Source: a virus
Reading direction: 5' to 3' (one strand)
DNA length: 64,000 nucleotides
IMG/VR virus record: IMGVR_UViG_3300032249_001461
Span: 35,935-99,934 of that record
The notes under the pieces are model-generated. The model searched no databases, was not told the DNA's origin, and worked only from the letters and a program-made list of their open reading frames with translations. The translations under genes were made by a program, and so were the position numbers. Each line of letters opens with the position of its first letter. The first letter of the stretch is position 1. Of this stretch, positions 7,677-17,983 are shown in pieces.

Positions 7677-9683
7677 TTACTGTTGATTTTTTCTAATCAT
7701 GCCCGCGAGTGGCGGAGGCCTTGATGAATCAAATTTGGGTTCAACGTAGGTTTTTGACGGGAACATCTTGGACAACTCCTGACACAGGAATTTCAGTCCC
7801 TTGTCAACCCATGAAATTATCGTGGCCTTCTCGTTCGATCCGAGTTCAAAGGACCGTCCCAACTTACTCAAAAGAGCTTCTGCAACTTCATCATTGCTCA
7901 GTCCTATGACATTCAGTTGGCTCTTGCAGTCCGTTTTTTCTCCTCCTCTGATTTCACCCGTGGAAGTCCTTTGTATCACTGCATCCAGGAATTTATCTGG
8001 GGACATGACTCTTCCGTAAGCGTCGCAATTGAGTCCAAACTTTAGACACACCGCAATCGCCCATTTTGGATTGCGGCTTTTCAGCCTTGACAATGCCAGT
8101 GCGAGTTTTTTGATAAGTTCGCTTCTTTCGTTTCCTGCCATTACTTCGCCGGCGGGCGTGGAGCTTCTCCTTGATATTCCAGAGTCCGAATCGCCTTGCG
8201 CCCCCCTGCCGTATGCTCTTTCGTCGTCGGTGGGCGAGGCGGCGTCCCAAGATGATCCGTCGTCCTTGGACCCCATCACGCTCATGAAGCTCGGGCCTGA
8301 TTTTGACCTTTTCAGGAAGTAGGTCCTGTAGTTCTGGAGCGTGGCTATCATCTTGTCGGGATCTAGAGATAGTATGGCTGGGTTTCTTGGTGCCTTGGAA
8401 AATACGTCTTTTATTATCTCAAACCTGAACCTTTCTTTTTCGGGCATGCTTTCAGGAGCGTATTCGCCTTCTTTTCCACCCTTGAATTTGTTCAAATAGT
8501 CTATGTATGATTCAAGACTTGTGGGAGTCTTTCCTTCCGCCTGATCCTTCAGAGCTTCTTTGACGTCAACATTGATTCTGCTGCTCTTCTTGTCCCTGTT
8601 GGAGTATTCGTCCCTTGTCCCCTTGCTCGGGGATAGCGCTATTCTCCTTTCATCCTCGGCCTTGGCGGGCTCCTTGTAAAGCAGTCTCTTGAAGTGATCT
8701 AGGATTTCGTCTACGAAATCGTCGTCTTCAAGTTCGTTGGATGAGGTGCCGAATTTGCTCTTGTCACTCCTCAATCCGCCCCAAGGACTGAGTCCCCCTC
8801 GTCTTCTAGGTCTTTTTGAAACCTTGTCCATCATTCTCAGGATGAACTTGTTGGCGAGTTCCTCGGCGTCATACAGCTTCATTCCGTAGCCTCCGGCTCC
8901 AGTGTTCCTGCTGGATCGTGCCAAATACGAGTACTGCTGGGCGAACACCGAGTACAGAATTGTAAAAAAATCTTTCCTGGCTCTGGTGATGTTCTTCTTC
9001 ACTTGCTCGTCAGTGATGCCAGCGGGTATTTCATTGCCCGATTCCTCGGCGGCGTCGTAGAAGGCCTTTTCCAACATAGAATCTATCTGCTCCCTGCTAT
9101 ACTCGGGGCTTCCTTCCTTGGTGCGCGAGGACATGAGCTCTTCCACATCAATATAGCCGAGATTCTTTAGAATGGGGATCGCATCTTCCATTTTGAAGTC
9201 GTCTTCCATCACATCCTGAAGGGAGATGTCGTCGTCTTCGCCGCCGTCTTGTTCGGAATCCCGACCGTATCCTGGGTCGCTTTTCATCCTCATGGCCTGG
9301 ATCTGTCGGACGGCCTCCCTTCTCTTGAGCATTCCATCCCATCTCATCCACAAGGCCGCGTCTTTTAGTGCTTTTGCGGCCTCCCGTTCGGAAGTGATAA
9401 CCTTGCCGTCTTCAAGACGTATTTTCATCTTGGATTCTGGCTCGTTGTTGTCCCGCTCCTGCTCCTGTTCCTGGCTGGAGTTCACCGGCTTTGCGTCCTC
9501 CGAGCCGGAGAAGGGGTCGTCCAGTTCGGCGGGAGTTCCTTCGTCATCCTCATCCTCCATGGATTCAAGAAAAAACCGGGCCGTCTTTCTGACTGCCATT
9601 TCCGCGATTGTCTCGTTCAGGGCGGGTTCGTAGACCTCCGTCCTAATTCTGTCGAGTTCCAGCCACTCTTTGAGACAAAGCAT
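7677..9683 (-). CDS. large protein with capsid-targeting-like N-terminus and sigma70-like segments
   Basis: MLCLKEWLELD; DAEELANKFILRMMDK (region 2-like); AVCLKFGL..LSNDEVAEAL..VDKGLKFL (region 4-like). Confidence 0.55.
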   Translation of the reverse strand: MLCLKEWLELDRIRTEVYEPALNETIAEMAVRKTARFFLESMEDEDDEGTPAELDDPFSGSEDAKPVNSSQEQEQERDNNEPESKMKIRLEDGKVITSEREAAKALKDAALWMRWDGMLKRREAVRQIQAMRMKSDPGYGRDSEQDGGEDDDISLQDVMEDDFKMEDAIPILKNLGYIDVEELMSSRTKEGSPEYSREQIDSMLEKAFYDAAEESGNEIPAGITDEQVKKNITRARKDFFTILYSVFAQQYSYLARSSRNTGAGGYGMKLYDAEELANKFILRMMDKVSKRPRRRGGLSPWGGLRSDKSKFGTSSNELEDDDFVDEILDHFKRLLYKEPAKAEDERRIALSPSKGTRDEYSNRDKKSSRINVDVKEALKDQAEGKTPTSLESYIDYLNKFKGGKEGEYAPESMPEKERFRFEIIKDVFSKAPRNPAILSLDPDKMIATLQNYRTYFLKRSKSGPSFMSVMGSKDDGSSWDAASPTDDERAYGRGAQGDSDSGISRRSSTPAGEVMAGNERSELIKKLALALSRLKSRNPKWAIAVCLKFGLNCDAYGRVMSPDKFLDAVIQRTSTGEIRGGEKTDCKSQLNVIGLSNDEVAEALLSKLGRSFELGSNEKATIISWVDKGLKFLCQELSKMFPSKTYVEPKFDSSRPPPLAGMIRKNQQ

Positions 9684-9781
9684 TTTTAGAATCCCCTTTT
9701 AATTAGCATTGAACTATATATGTCTTAAGAAAAACATTCCGAAGCAACTATATAATCCGAGCCCCTTTTTTGGAGATAGAT

Positions 9782-10048
9782 ATGAAATCATTTTTGGACT
9801 GGTTGAAAGAGGAAAGGCTGGAGCTCCCGACCTTCACGGACGCGGGCGAAGCGGAAGGAAATGTTGATGCTCCCGCCGGGAAGAAGACTGTGGAGGAGAA
9901 GACGAAGAGAACCGGACTTAGCGCCAACTATCCTCCGGCCTATGTTTCGGGCCAGTACCCGCACAAGTATTTCAATCCCTCCAAGGCTACGGCTGACCTC
10001 GACATAAAGAACATCGAGGACAAGAACGTCGTAACCCCCGAGGAGTAG
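9782..10048 (+). CDS. hypothetical protein, putative internal head protein
   Basis: MKSFLDWLKEE; GGAG RBS. Confidence 0.6.
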   Translation: MKSFLDWLKEERLELPTFTDAGEAEGNVDAPAGKKTVEEKTKRTGLSANYPPAYVSGQYPHKYFNPSKATADLDIKNIEDKNVVTPEE

Positions 10049-10050
10049 TC

Positions 10051-10299
10051 ATGGGTTGCGGATGCGGCGGAGGAAAAAACCTCCGTTCCACGAGGAGTTC
10101 TTCCACGCCCACGCCGGCACAGACCGGCACGAATGTGAGGCAGGTTCAGCTGCAGTCTGCGCAGAGGCAGGCTCTTATTCAGCAGGCCAGGGAGAGAATA
10201 AACCAGAACCAGGTCAATTCCCTGGACACCGAGGCGGAGAGAAAAAGAAGGATTCAGGTGTCCCTGAGAAACAGGAACATGAGGCCGAGGGAAAACTAG
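10051..10299 (+). CDS. small basic protein with MGCGCGG N-terminus
   Basis: 82-aa ORF, RBS GAGGAG. Confidence 0.55.
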   Translation: MGCGCGGGKNLRSTRSSSTPTPAQTGTNVRQVQLQSAQRQALIQQARERINQNQVNSLDTEAERKRRIQVSLRNRNMRPREN

Positions 10300-11036
10300 A
10301 ATCCGATCAGGCTTATCTTTTTCATCCCCTCCGGCATTTTTATTTCGGGCGGTTCGTCTGTGTTGATGACCACGTTCTTCATCTCAAAATCCAAAGATGC
10401 GTTCTCCTCGTGCCAGAATACATTCACTTCCTTTGGGATTTCAAAGCCGTCTATTTTCTGATGGGATTTGAAAGTCGCCGTCATCATGGGGAGCCCATCT
10501 CTGTGGTATGTCACTCCCTTCATCTTGTCGTCTTTGAAGAGCACGCATTTGACGAGGTCGCCCTCGGAGCGCGTAAGGCACGCGACCCCTTCTTGAACGG
10601 AAATTGATTCCCATATGATCTCGTCCACGCCAAGAGCCGAAGTGATGAGGTCTGGCCTCATGGGCAGGACGACCCTTGTGGATGAAATCTTGGGCAGAGG
10701 GCAGTGGTATATGGATTCTTTGTCAAAATCCCGCATCCAGAACCAGTAGTCCCTTCCATCCGTCCCTATCTCGGCCTGTTTTCTTCCGAAAAACGAGCTC
10801 GTGACCGCAAGTACCTTGGATGGCTTTATGTAAACAACCTCCGTCTTGGCGCCTATTGAGGATACATTGCAAGAAATGCTCTTTATGGAAGAGACGGAGG
10901 CGTTGAAGTCGCGTATGTGTCCAACAACCTCCTCTTCGCTTGGGATGCGTGCTGGCTCCTCCGTCTTGGGGAGGATGAGAAAGAGGACCAATAGGAATGC
11001 CGCAAATGATGCGGCCAAAAATGCTTTGCGGTACAT
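10296..11036 (-). CDS. membrane-anchored LolA-like fold protein
   Basis: N-terminal TM; EIGTDGRDYWFW; FEIPKEVNVFW...LDFEMKNVVIN. Confidence 0.5.
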   Translation of the reverse strand: MYRKAFLAASFAAFLLVLFLILPKTEEPARIPSEEEVVGHIRDFNASVSSIKSISCNVSSIGAKTEVVYIKPSKVLAVTSSFFGRKQAEIGTDGRDYWFWMRDFDKESIYHCPLPKISSTRVVLPMRPDLITSALGVDEIIWESISVQEGVACLTRSEGDLVKCVLFKDDKMKGVTYHRDGLPMMTATFKSHQKIDGFEIPKEVNVFWHEENASLDFEMKNVVINTDEPPEIKMPEGMKKISLIGF

Positions 11037-11070
11037 ATATATTAGGTCACTTATTTACACCGGAGTCATC

Positions 11071-11886
11071 ATGCTTTCGTACAAGGACTACAAGAAACTC
11101 AACGAATCGCTCTACGGAGCATTCAATCTCGGTCTGAAGGGCGCCAACGTGGTTGGGGGAATCGTCAGCGCATCATCGGTCAACGGCACTGAAGCGGCTC
11201 TCGAGGCCAGGGCCGAGGAGGCCATCGAGGAAGCCAAGAAGATGAAGAAGAAGATGGAGTCGGACGAGGAGCATGACGAGGAAGAGGTCGAAGAGAAGGA
11301 TTCCGACGAAGGCGAGGACTCGGACGAAGATCATGACGAAGAAGAGCATGACGACGAAGAGAGCGAAGAAGAGGAAGATTCCGAAGAGGACTCCGACGAA
11401 GAGGACGAAGAGGAGTCCGATCCCAAATTCATGAAGAAGAAGGCCAAGAAGGAGTGGGCCGAGGTCCTTGCCGATCTAGAGGCAGTCTTGGAGGACGTAT
11501 CAAACGAGGCCAACCTTGCAGAAATAAAGAAAGGCCTGGAGATCATCAGGGAGGGCGCGAAGAAGGGCCACAAGAAGGGCTGCGACTGCAATTTCTGCAA
11601 GAGCGTCAAGGCCAAAAAGGAAGGCAAAGACGAGGGAGATGACGAAGGCCTGACGGCCGGACAGAAGAAGCTTCCCAAGGCCCTACAGGACGCCATCCTC
11701 GCGAAGAAGGACAAGAAGGGCGACAAAGAAGACAAGAAGTGCGGGAAGTACATGAAGGAGGACGATGCCGCGTGGTGGAACAGCGTCAACAGCATGCTCG
11801 GAACCGAGGACCAGAAGGGCTGGGACGGTTGGACTGAGGTGGGCGAAATAGAGACTGCCATAAGGGACGAGCAGAACCCCGTATGA
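11071..11886 (+). CDS. highly acidic putative prohead core/scaffold protein
   Basis: MLSYKDYKKLNE start; long D/E tract; LTAGQKKLPKALQDAILAK motif. Confidence 0.55.
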   Translation: MLSYKDYKKLNESLYGAFNLGLKGANVVGGIVSASSVNGTEAALEARAEEAIEEAKKMKKKMESDEEHDEEEVEEKDSDEGEDSDEDHDEEEHDDEESEEEEDSEEDSDEEDEEESDPKFMKKKAKKEWAEVLADLEAVLEDVSNEANLAEIKKGLEIIREGAKKGHKKGCDCNFCKSVKAKKEGKDEGDDEGLTAGQKKLPKALQDAILAKKDKKGDKEDKKCGKYMKEDDAAWWNSVNSMLGTEDQKGWDGWTEVGEIETAIRDEQNPV

Positions 11887-12029
11887 TAAAAGAACAAGTC
11901 CTAATACTAAAAGTCATATACGAGGACGAAGAAAAAAATCCTCCGCACACATGGAACTGGACCGATCTTGTGGGTGGAGGACACAAAGTGGAAGTGATGA
12001 ACCACGGAGCGTCCGAAAAGGCGGACTAA
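11883..12029 (+). CDS. 48-aa hypothetical protein (not in ORF track)
   Basis: MIKEQVLILKVIYEDEEKNPPHTWNWTDLVGGGHKVEVMNHGASEKAD; ATGA overlap. Confidence 0.5.
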   Translation: MIKEQVLILKVIYEDEEKNPPHTWNWTDLVGGGHKVEVMNHGASEKAD

Positions 12030-12079
12030 AACCCATTTGTTGACCATATATAACTATGTGGTAACAACAAGGAGGTTGT

Positions 12080-12565
12080 ATGTTCAAATTCAAAGATAAG
12101 GCCAATCCCGTAGGCGTAATACACAAGGTCTCGGAGATTGAGGAAAAGCTCGTCAAATACGCAAGAATGTGGGACGAGCAGAGGGCGAGGGGCTTCTGGC
12201 TGTCAAAGTCCGACAGGTCCAGGCTCACCCATTTCATGCTGGTCGCCCTTGATGACTTCATGATTTCGGTTGCGATTCTGTCCATACCCGGCCCCGACAA
12301 GAAGGCAACCGTGCTGGATGCGATGGACAGGCTCTATGAGTACACCGTACGCGAGGCTCTGCCCATATGGCTGAGGCCGTTCGCCGAGCCCGTAAAGCAG
12401 TATGTGGTATATGTCCTTGTGTCGTTTGCGATCGACTGGGCAGTGCAGAAGTACAATACCGGAAGCTGGGGCAGGACGGTGGAGACCAGCGCCCTTGCAA
12501 GAATCCTGAAGAAGGCGGGCTGCGAGTCATTTCCGTGCGTCAGGTGCTCAAGGAGGGAAGCATGA
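12080..12565 (+). CDS. hypothetical protein
   Basis: AGGAGG RBS, TATATA upstream. Confidence 0.65.
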   Translation: MFKFKDKANPVGVIHKVSEIEEKLVKYARMWDEQRARGFWLSKSDRSRLTHFMLVALDDFMISVAILSIPGPDKKATVLDAMDRLYEYTVREALPIWLRPFAEPVKQYVVYVLVSFAIDWAVQKYNTGSWGRTVETSALARILKKAGCESFPCVRCSRREA

Positions 12566-13503
12566 GAAGCAAAAACAATCAGTGTAGCCTCTTTCCCTAC
12601 GAAAGAGAGGAAGTTTTTTCCATACAGGACGCGATGCAGAAGGCGGGATGGAACATCACTGCATTTGACCTCCCCGGCGCCTGGTCTAAATCAAAGGGAG
12701 AGGGCGTGAAAATAGCGGTCATAGACACGGGCGTGGACCTAGATCATCCCGACCTTGTCAGGAATCTTCTTCCCGGAATGAACTTCATAGACGCTTCTTC
12801 GCAGCCTTGGGACGACAACCACCACGGAACCCATGTTGCGGGCATAATAGTTGCGGAGAACAATGAAATAGGAATGGTCGGAGTCGCCCCGTCATCAAAG
12901 GTGATCCCCATAAAGGTCCTGGACAGGAGCGGAAACGGAAGTCTGACGAACGTGGCCAAGGGCATCAGATGGGCCGTGGACGAGGGCAAGGCGGATCTGA
13001 TATGCATGTCGCTGGGATCTCCGAACCCAGTCCAGGAGGTGAGGAAGGCCGTCCAGTATGCTGAATCCAAGGGCGTGGTCTGCTTCGTTGCCGCCGGAAA
13101 TTCGGGAATGACAAAGAACATATTCTATCCGGCCGAATATCCGGAAACCATCGCGATTGGTTCAATAGATGAAAACCTGAGCAGGTCTAGGTTCAGCAAC
13201 ACTGGCCACAACCTGGACTTCATGGCTCCGGGAAACAGAATATTCTCGACTGTCCCAGACAACTGGTATGCCGTGCTGAGCGGGACGAGCATGGCGGCTC
13301 CTTTTGCCACGGGGGTGGCGGCGCTGGTACTTTCCTATTCTAGGAACAACGGACCGGGAATGAAACTGAACACGGCGGAGGACTATAGAAATGCTTTCAG
13401 GGACCATACGATCCCTATCACGGACGCCCTCCTTAAGGATCAGAAGTTCTATCAGGGATTCGGAATACTCGAGCCGAGGAAGCTATTCGAGGCGTTGGGC
13501 TGA
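12562..13503 (+). CDS. subtilisin-family (S8) serine protease
   Basis: IAVIDTG, HGTHVAG, SGTSMAAP catalytic triad. Confidence 0.95.
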   Translation: MRSKNNQCSLFPYEREEVFSIQDAMQKAGWNITAFDLPGAWSKSKGEGVKIAVIDTGVDLDHPDLVRNLLPGMNFIDASSQPWDDNHHGTHVAGIIVAENNEIGMVGVAPSSKVIPIKVLDRSGNGSLTNVAKGIRWAVDEGKADLICMSLGSPNPVQEVRKAVQYAESKGVVCFVAAGNSGMTKNIFYPAEYPETIAIGSIDENLSRSRFSNTGHNLDFMAPGNRIFSTVPDNWYAVLSGTSMAAPFATGVAALVLSYSRNNGPGMKLNTAEDYRNAFRDHTIPITDALLKDQKFYQGFGILEPRKLFEALG

Positions 13504-14034
13504 TTCCGACTCCCTCATTTCGTAGATCATTGTGGCGATCTCCTTCTTCGCGGGGGGAGATCGCCCTTCTTTTTCATATTTCTCAAGCAGCTCTTCAAAT
13601 TTGACTATGTTGGAATTCAGGACTGAAGCCTTCTCGTAACGCTCGCTTTTCACCGCTATTCTGTACTTCTGCTTCAGTTCAGCCAGGAACTTCAGGGGGT
13701 CTGTTTTCTCCGCCTGGTCCATCTTCCATGTTATGGGAATGCTCCCCACATGTCTGTCTCCTTCTTGCACTGCCTTGATCACATGCTCTATGGTTCCCTC
13801 AAAAGCATCGTAGCAACTTGCGCATCCCATCCTGCTTCCCTTCAGAACATCCTCCAATTTCATTCCACAAGAGTCGCACGAGGCGTCCTCTTCGGACATT
13901 TTTATTCTGGATGTGGCGCTGATGTACAGGCAGTCCTCGCAAACCATGTGGGTCTTGACCTTTTCCCCGTGCTTTTCTGTGATGTGGAAGCACTTGTGCT
14001 TAAGGCAGGGCTTGCCGTTCAGGGGGCATGTCAT
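13483..14034 (-). CDS. mcsA: McsA-like protein (CxxC clusters plus UVR domain)
   Basis: VCEDC, CDSCGM...GSRMGCASCYDAF, HVGSIP, AVKSERYEKAS. Confidence 0.8.
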   Translation of the reverse strand: MTCPLNGKPCLKHKCFHITEKHGEKVKTHMVCEDCLYISATSRIKMSEEDASCDSCGMKLEDVLKGSRMGCASCYDAFEGTIEHVIKAVQEGDRHVGSIPITWKMDQAEKTDPLKFLAELKQKYRIAVKSERYEKASVLNSNIVKFEELLEKYEKEGRSPPAKKEIATMIYEMRESESAQRLE

Positions 14035-14077
14035 TTCGCTAACTTTCTTTTTATGTAAGGGGCGTAGTAGATGAAAT

Positions 14078-15703
14078 TCATCCGCACTGATACGAAGTCG
14101 GCCCGACATTTACAGTGCCGAAAGCCCCCTCTCCAATAGCGTTGACGGCTGAAATTCTTACAGTACCGCCTTCCCATGTGTCGAAGTTTAGAATTCCATT
14201 TACCGCCGTTTTGAATGCGTTTCCACTTGTTATTGACCTAAAGGCCGCAAATGAATCCGCCTGTGTCCTAATTCTGTATCCGGTAATTGCCGATCCTCCG
14301 TTGCTAGAAGGGGCAGAAAATGAAATGTAATAATCTGGAAAACAAGAACCGCCAAACTGATTTGCATTAATGCCGGTCGGAGCACCCGGTACTGTCGCGC
14401 TGTTGGGCGTGGCGGTGGGAGTGTTGGTCGGTGTTGAAGTAGATGTGTTTGTCGGCGTGGATGTGGCGGTCGGCGTATTGGTCGGCGTATTAGTCGGTGT
14501 GGATGTGGCTGTCGGCGTATTGGTCGGCGTATTGGTCGGTGTGGATGTGGCGGTGGGAGTATTGGTCGGTGTATTGGTCGGTGTGGATGTGGCTGTCGGT
14601 GTATTGGTCGGTGTATTGGTCGGTGTATTGGTCGGTGTGGATGTGGCTGTCGGTGTATTGGTCGGTGTATTGTTCGGCGTGGATGTTGCGGTCAGTGTTG
14701 GTGTTGAGGTTGCGGTCGGTGTGTTGGTGGTAGTCGGCGTAGAAGTTTGGGCGGGAGTGTTGGTAGGAGTTGAATTAGCGGTGGATGTGTTGGTCGGAGT
14801 TGAAGTAGGAGTGTTTGTGGCGGTGGGCGTATTGGTCGGTGTATTGGTTGACATTGGCGTTGGTGTAGGTGCGCTTGAACTTGAACTAGATTCCTGCAAA
14901 AATGGCTTTCCCGAAACCTTGACCGTAAATCCGTCATTGAGGCGGAACTCTGCGCCTGGAGGGGTTGTCCTTTTGACCCAGACGGGAGCGAAGTCACCAG
15001 GATTCATCCTTCCTAGAAGCAAGGGTTCCGAACGAAAAGTCACTCCGGAAGGAGTCATCCGATCTGTCACAAGGTGTGGGGCGGAAGAATTTATGGGGCG
15101 TCCGTCCGAAATCTTTCTTACGGCTATGGTCGGGGCGTCGGCTCCGCCAGTCAAGTTGTTCTCTTGAACCAGCATGGTGGGCCAACTCTTGTTGTCGTTG
15201 TCGCCCGAGAAGGTGACTGTGAAAGAAGTCGTATTCCCCGATATGGAATAGGTCACTCCGGCGGCGGCTCCGACGTACGAAAGGGCGTTCAGAAGGCTTG
15301 ACAGGAACCCGAATGGAGAAGATCCCCAGTTCACGGATACCGGCGTGCTTCCAAGCATGAACACTGCGGTTCCCGAAGTTGGACTTCCCGTCACATCTAT
15401 TCTCTGGACATCCGTGGATTTGGCAATTCCGATATCCACATATGATCCGCCCGAATTCTGTGAGGACACGACGACTTGGGTGTCGTAGAGAGTCACGGAC
15501 GATCCGGAGTTTTTCACGTAAAAGCAGCGGTGATCCACCTTGCCAGACGAAGCCTCTTCGGAGGTTATGTCGGGAAACAGATTGTTCAGCGATCCGAGGA
15601 CGGGGAACGAGGAGGGACCGCCCCCAGTGGATTTGCTGGGGTCTGCGTTGTTCGCGCCTCCGGAGAGAAGAAATTCTATGTTGGTGGAGCCTATGGTCGT
15701 CAT
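14078..15703 (-). CDS. virion structural protein with Pro/Thr linker and C-terminal FN3-like domain
   Basis: N-terminal phage structural domain; (TPTN/TATS)n linker; VPGAPT...[13 protein letters not shown]...SAVNAIGEG. Confidence 0.75.
   Translation of the reverse strand: MTTIGSTNIEFLLSGGANNADPSKSTGGGPSSFPVLGSLNNLFPDITSEEASSGKVDHRCFYVKNSGSSVTLYDTQVVVSSQNSGGSYVDIGIAKSTDVQRIDVTGSPTSGTAVFMLGSTPVSVNWGSSPFGFLSSLLNALSYVGAAAGVTYSISGNTTSFTVTFSGDNDNKSWPTMLVQENNLTGGADAPTIAVRKISDGRPINSSAPHLVTDRMTPSGVTFRSEPLLLGRMNPGDFAPVWVKRTTPPGAEFRLNDGFTVKVSGKPFLQESSSSSSAPTPTPMSTNTPTNTPTATNTPTSTPTNTSTANSTPTNTPAQTSTPTTTNTPTATSTPTLTATSTPNNTPTNTPTATSTPTNTPTNTPTNTPTATSTPTNTPTNTPTATSTPTNTPTNTPTATSTPTNTPTNTPTATSTPTNTSTSTPTNTPTATPNSATVPGAPTGINANQFGGSCFPDYYISFSAPSSNGGSAITGYRIRTQADSFAAFRSITSGNAFKTAVNGILNFDTWEGGTVRISAVNAIGEGAFGTVNVGPTSYQCG
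14400..14875. repeat. coding tandem repeats (12/36-bp periodicity) encoding a Thr/Pro linker
   Basis: GTCGGTGTATTG units. Confidence 0.85.
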
Positions 15704-16450
15704 TACTGGTTATGTATTGACTTTGGCGAGCAAAAAAGCCATATTATCTTCGGGAGGCCACAATGCCGTTTTCGTTCGGAAGCGACCCCGAGTTTATACT
15801 TTCCGATAAAAAAGGCAAGTTCAGAAGCGCCATAGGAATAGTGAAGGCGAGCAAGGAAAAAAGGCTCGGAGTGGGGGGAAACCACTTCTTCTACGACAAC
15901 GTGCTCGCCGAATGCACGGTTGAACCCTCGTTTTCAAGGGATCAGGCCGTGGAAAATGCGAAAAAGTCCCTGAAAACCTACGCGGAGATAATCCGTCCTT
16001 TCAGGCTGACATGCCTGGCTTCCGCAGATTTCAACGAATCCGAAATGAAACACAAGGATGCCAGGAAGGCAGGGTGCGAGGTTGAGATGTGCGCCTACAG
16101 CCTTTCCGAGGTTCCGGCCGGCAGGATCAAGAAATTTTTCAGGAAGTCAAATTTCAGAACCGCTGGGGGGCATGTTCACCTCGGAACGGACATGGGCGGG
16201 TCGCACGAGCATTCGGTCATGCTCGTAAGGATGCTTGATCTTTTTCTTGGTGTCTCTAGCCTTCTGGTGGACAGGGACTTGCCGAGCGTGAATAGAAGGA
16301 AAGTCTACGGTCTTCCAGGAAGGTACAGACAGCCCTCGCATGGCGTCGAATACAGAACCATGGGCAACTTCTGGCTCTCCAGCCCCATTCTCGTGGAGCT
16401 CGTATATGACATTTGCGAATATGTAATGAAGGCGATGAAAGAACGAATTT

Positions 16451-16569
16451 GTCAATTACCCACCCCCTAAAGGGAGTGGGCTTGTAAATCACCGGAGCCT
16501 TCTCCACAGTGTCTACTATAAGCCAATTGACACATGGCTCGTTCTTCAACAGCTTGCCGTTGAAGAAGC
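16451..16569 (-). ncRNA. omegaRNA scaffold of TnpB (guide continues into 16450 and below)
   Basis: four stem-loops overlapping the tnpB 3' end; loop TGTCAA complementary to terminal TTGAC. Confidence 0.75.
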
Positions 16570-17627
16570 GACCGGAGTGCTACATTTTTAGCACCGACAC
16601 GGTCTGCGTTGTCCGAGAACTTGCAGGCAACGCACCGAAAAACCAGTCCATTTCGGTTGGACTTATCAACGCAACCACAACAAGGACAACCCCTGCTCGT
16701 ATTTTTTGCAGGAACATTGTCAACGGTTATCCCAACAGAATTAGCCTTGTATGTGACAAAAAACTCAAGCATAAAGTAGGGCCACCTGTTATTCCTTGAT
16801 CTCTGCTTGTGGTGTTGTTTTTTGTTTTCCTTGGTAAATTTCTGTTTGAAGCCGGTCAACTTTTCCAATGTTATGGTTCTTGCATTGTTCAAACTTGCAA
16901 AATTAACCAATTGCTTACTTGCAATGTGTAATATATTCTGTGTTACGGCTTTTTCTCTTCCGCTTAACCGCTTTAGTAAACGGTGTGCTGAACGAGTGCC
17001 AACACTGGCTACTTTTGCTCTTGTTTGTCTGATGCAGAGTCTTTTGTGATTTAGTTCACCTCCCTTGATGTAAAGTGTCTTGTTTGAATTAGGGTCTATT
17101 GCAACGAGTATGTTTTTCTGTCCACGGTCAACCCCAATTATTCCGCCTTCAACTCTTGGTTCAACTTGGTCAATTTCAACTGTCAAGCACAACCACCATT
17201 GACCTTTACTGAATTTCAACTTTGAGTCACTCCATTTGCCTTTAGGAAGCGGTCGTGACTTGTAGGAAACCAGTTCGCCCCAGATGCTCATTCCCTTTTT
17301 TCTGATGTTGAAATCCCGTTTCCAGCAAAGTGGCAAACTTGTCTTGTTGTATGTCGCAAAGCTCCAATTCTTGTTGCTTTTCATGCTTCTGTATGTTCCA
17401 ACCACATGGCGGAACAAGGAGCAAGTCAATTGGCTGGGAAGATTGAATTTTTCTCTCACCATGCCGTAGAACTCTTTGCTCAATTGACCCGGAGTGTTGA
17501 CTTTCTTGCGAGAATAGATTATCTTAGACAGCCAGTTTGCGGCATCCTTGTAGGATTCGGCGTATTGGCTGAACTTGGAATGCTCGCTTGTTATTTTGAG
17601 TTTGTATGTTCGTAGGGCTTTCGTCAC
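16467..17627 (-). CDS. tnpB: RNA-guided endonuclease TnpB
   Basis: RuvC I GVDRG, RuvC II LEKL, Zn finger CPCC/CVAC, RuvC III ADRVGAKN; all acidic residues present. Confidence 0.95.
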   Translation of the reverse strand: MTKALRTYKLKITSEHSKFSQYAESYKDAANWLSKIIYSRKKVNTPGQLSKEFYGMVREKFNLPSQLTCSLFRHVVGTYRSMKSNKNWSFATYNKTSLPLCWKRDFNIRKKGMSIWGELVSYKSRPLPKGKWSDSKLKFSKGQWWLCLTVEIDQVEPRVEGGIIGVDRGQKNILVAIDPNSNKTLYIKGGELNHKRLCIRQTRAKVASVGTRSAHRLLKRLSGREKAVTQNILHIASKQLVNFASLNNARTITLEKLTGFKQKFTKENKKQHHKQRSRNNRWPYFMLEFFVTYKANSVGITVDNVPAKNTSRGCPCCGCVDKSNRNGLVFRCVACKFSDNADRVGAKNVALRSLLQRQAVEERAMCQLAYSRHCGEGSGDLQAHSL

Positions 17628-17983
17628 GAACTTATATAGTAAGATTGTGACGAAAATTATTTAGGAGGTAACGGCAATTCCTCCCAGCCCCTAAAGGGAC
17701 TGGGTTTCCTTGCCGAATTCAGATGAAAATTTCTGGACCGTGGACAGGGAGAAGCTGGAATCCGACGACTTCTGGAATGCCGGGGGCGATCCTGCCAAAT
17801 GCCACCGCTGCCACGGCTATGATATCAATCTGATGAGGAGGATGTTCAATCTTGAATTCAAGGACATTGTCTCTGAAGCAAAAGAGATAATTGACCTTGT
17901 GCTTCTGATGCTGCCGGACAAAATCAGAAGAGGGCTGTCCGATCTGGGGGGCAGGAGTTTTGATGTCTACGAAGAGTGGGGGC

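Larger units (their letters stand above)
16451..17722 (-). mobile_element. IS200/IS605-family tnpB-only element (IS1341-like), TAM TTCAT
   Basis: left-end hairpin CCCAGTCCCTTTAGGGGCTGGG; right-end hairpin CCCACTCCCTTTAGGGGGTGGG ending TTGAC; no target duplication; AT-richer than flanks. Confidence 0.92.

Noticed and set aside
14370-15167. Long antisense or alternate-frame ORFs over repeats and GC-rich genes (e.g. 14370..15167, 4020..4805, 33252..33776, 52961..53911)
   Set aside because: They are shadows of well-supported genes on the opposite strand or frame.
16451-17722. IStron (self-splicing IS) rescuing the ligase gene
   Set aside because: The element is antisense to the host gene and has only about 95 bp upstream of tnpB, leaving no room for a group I intron core.
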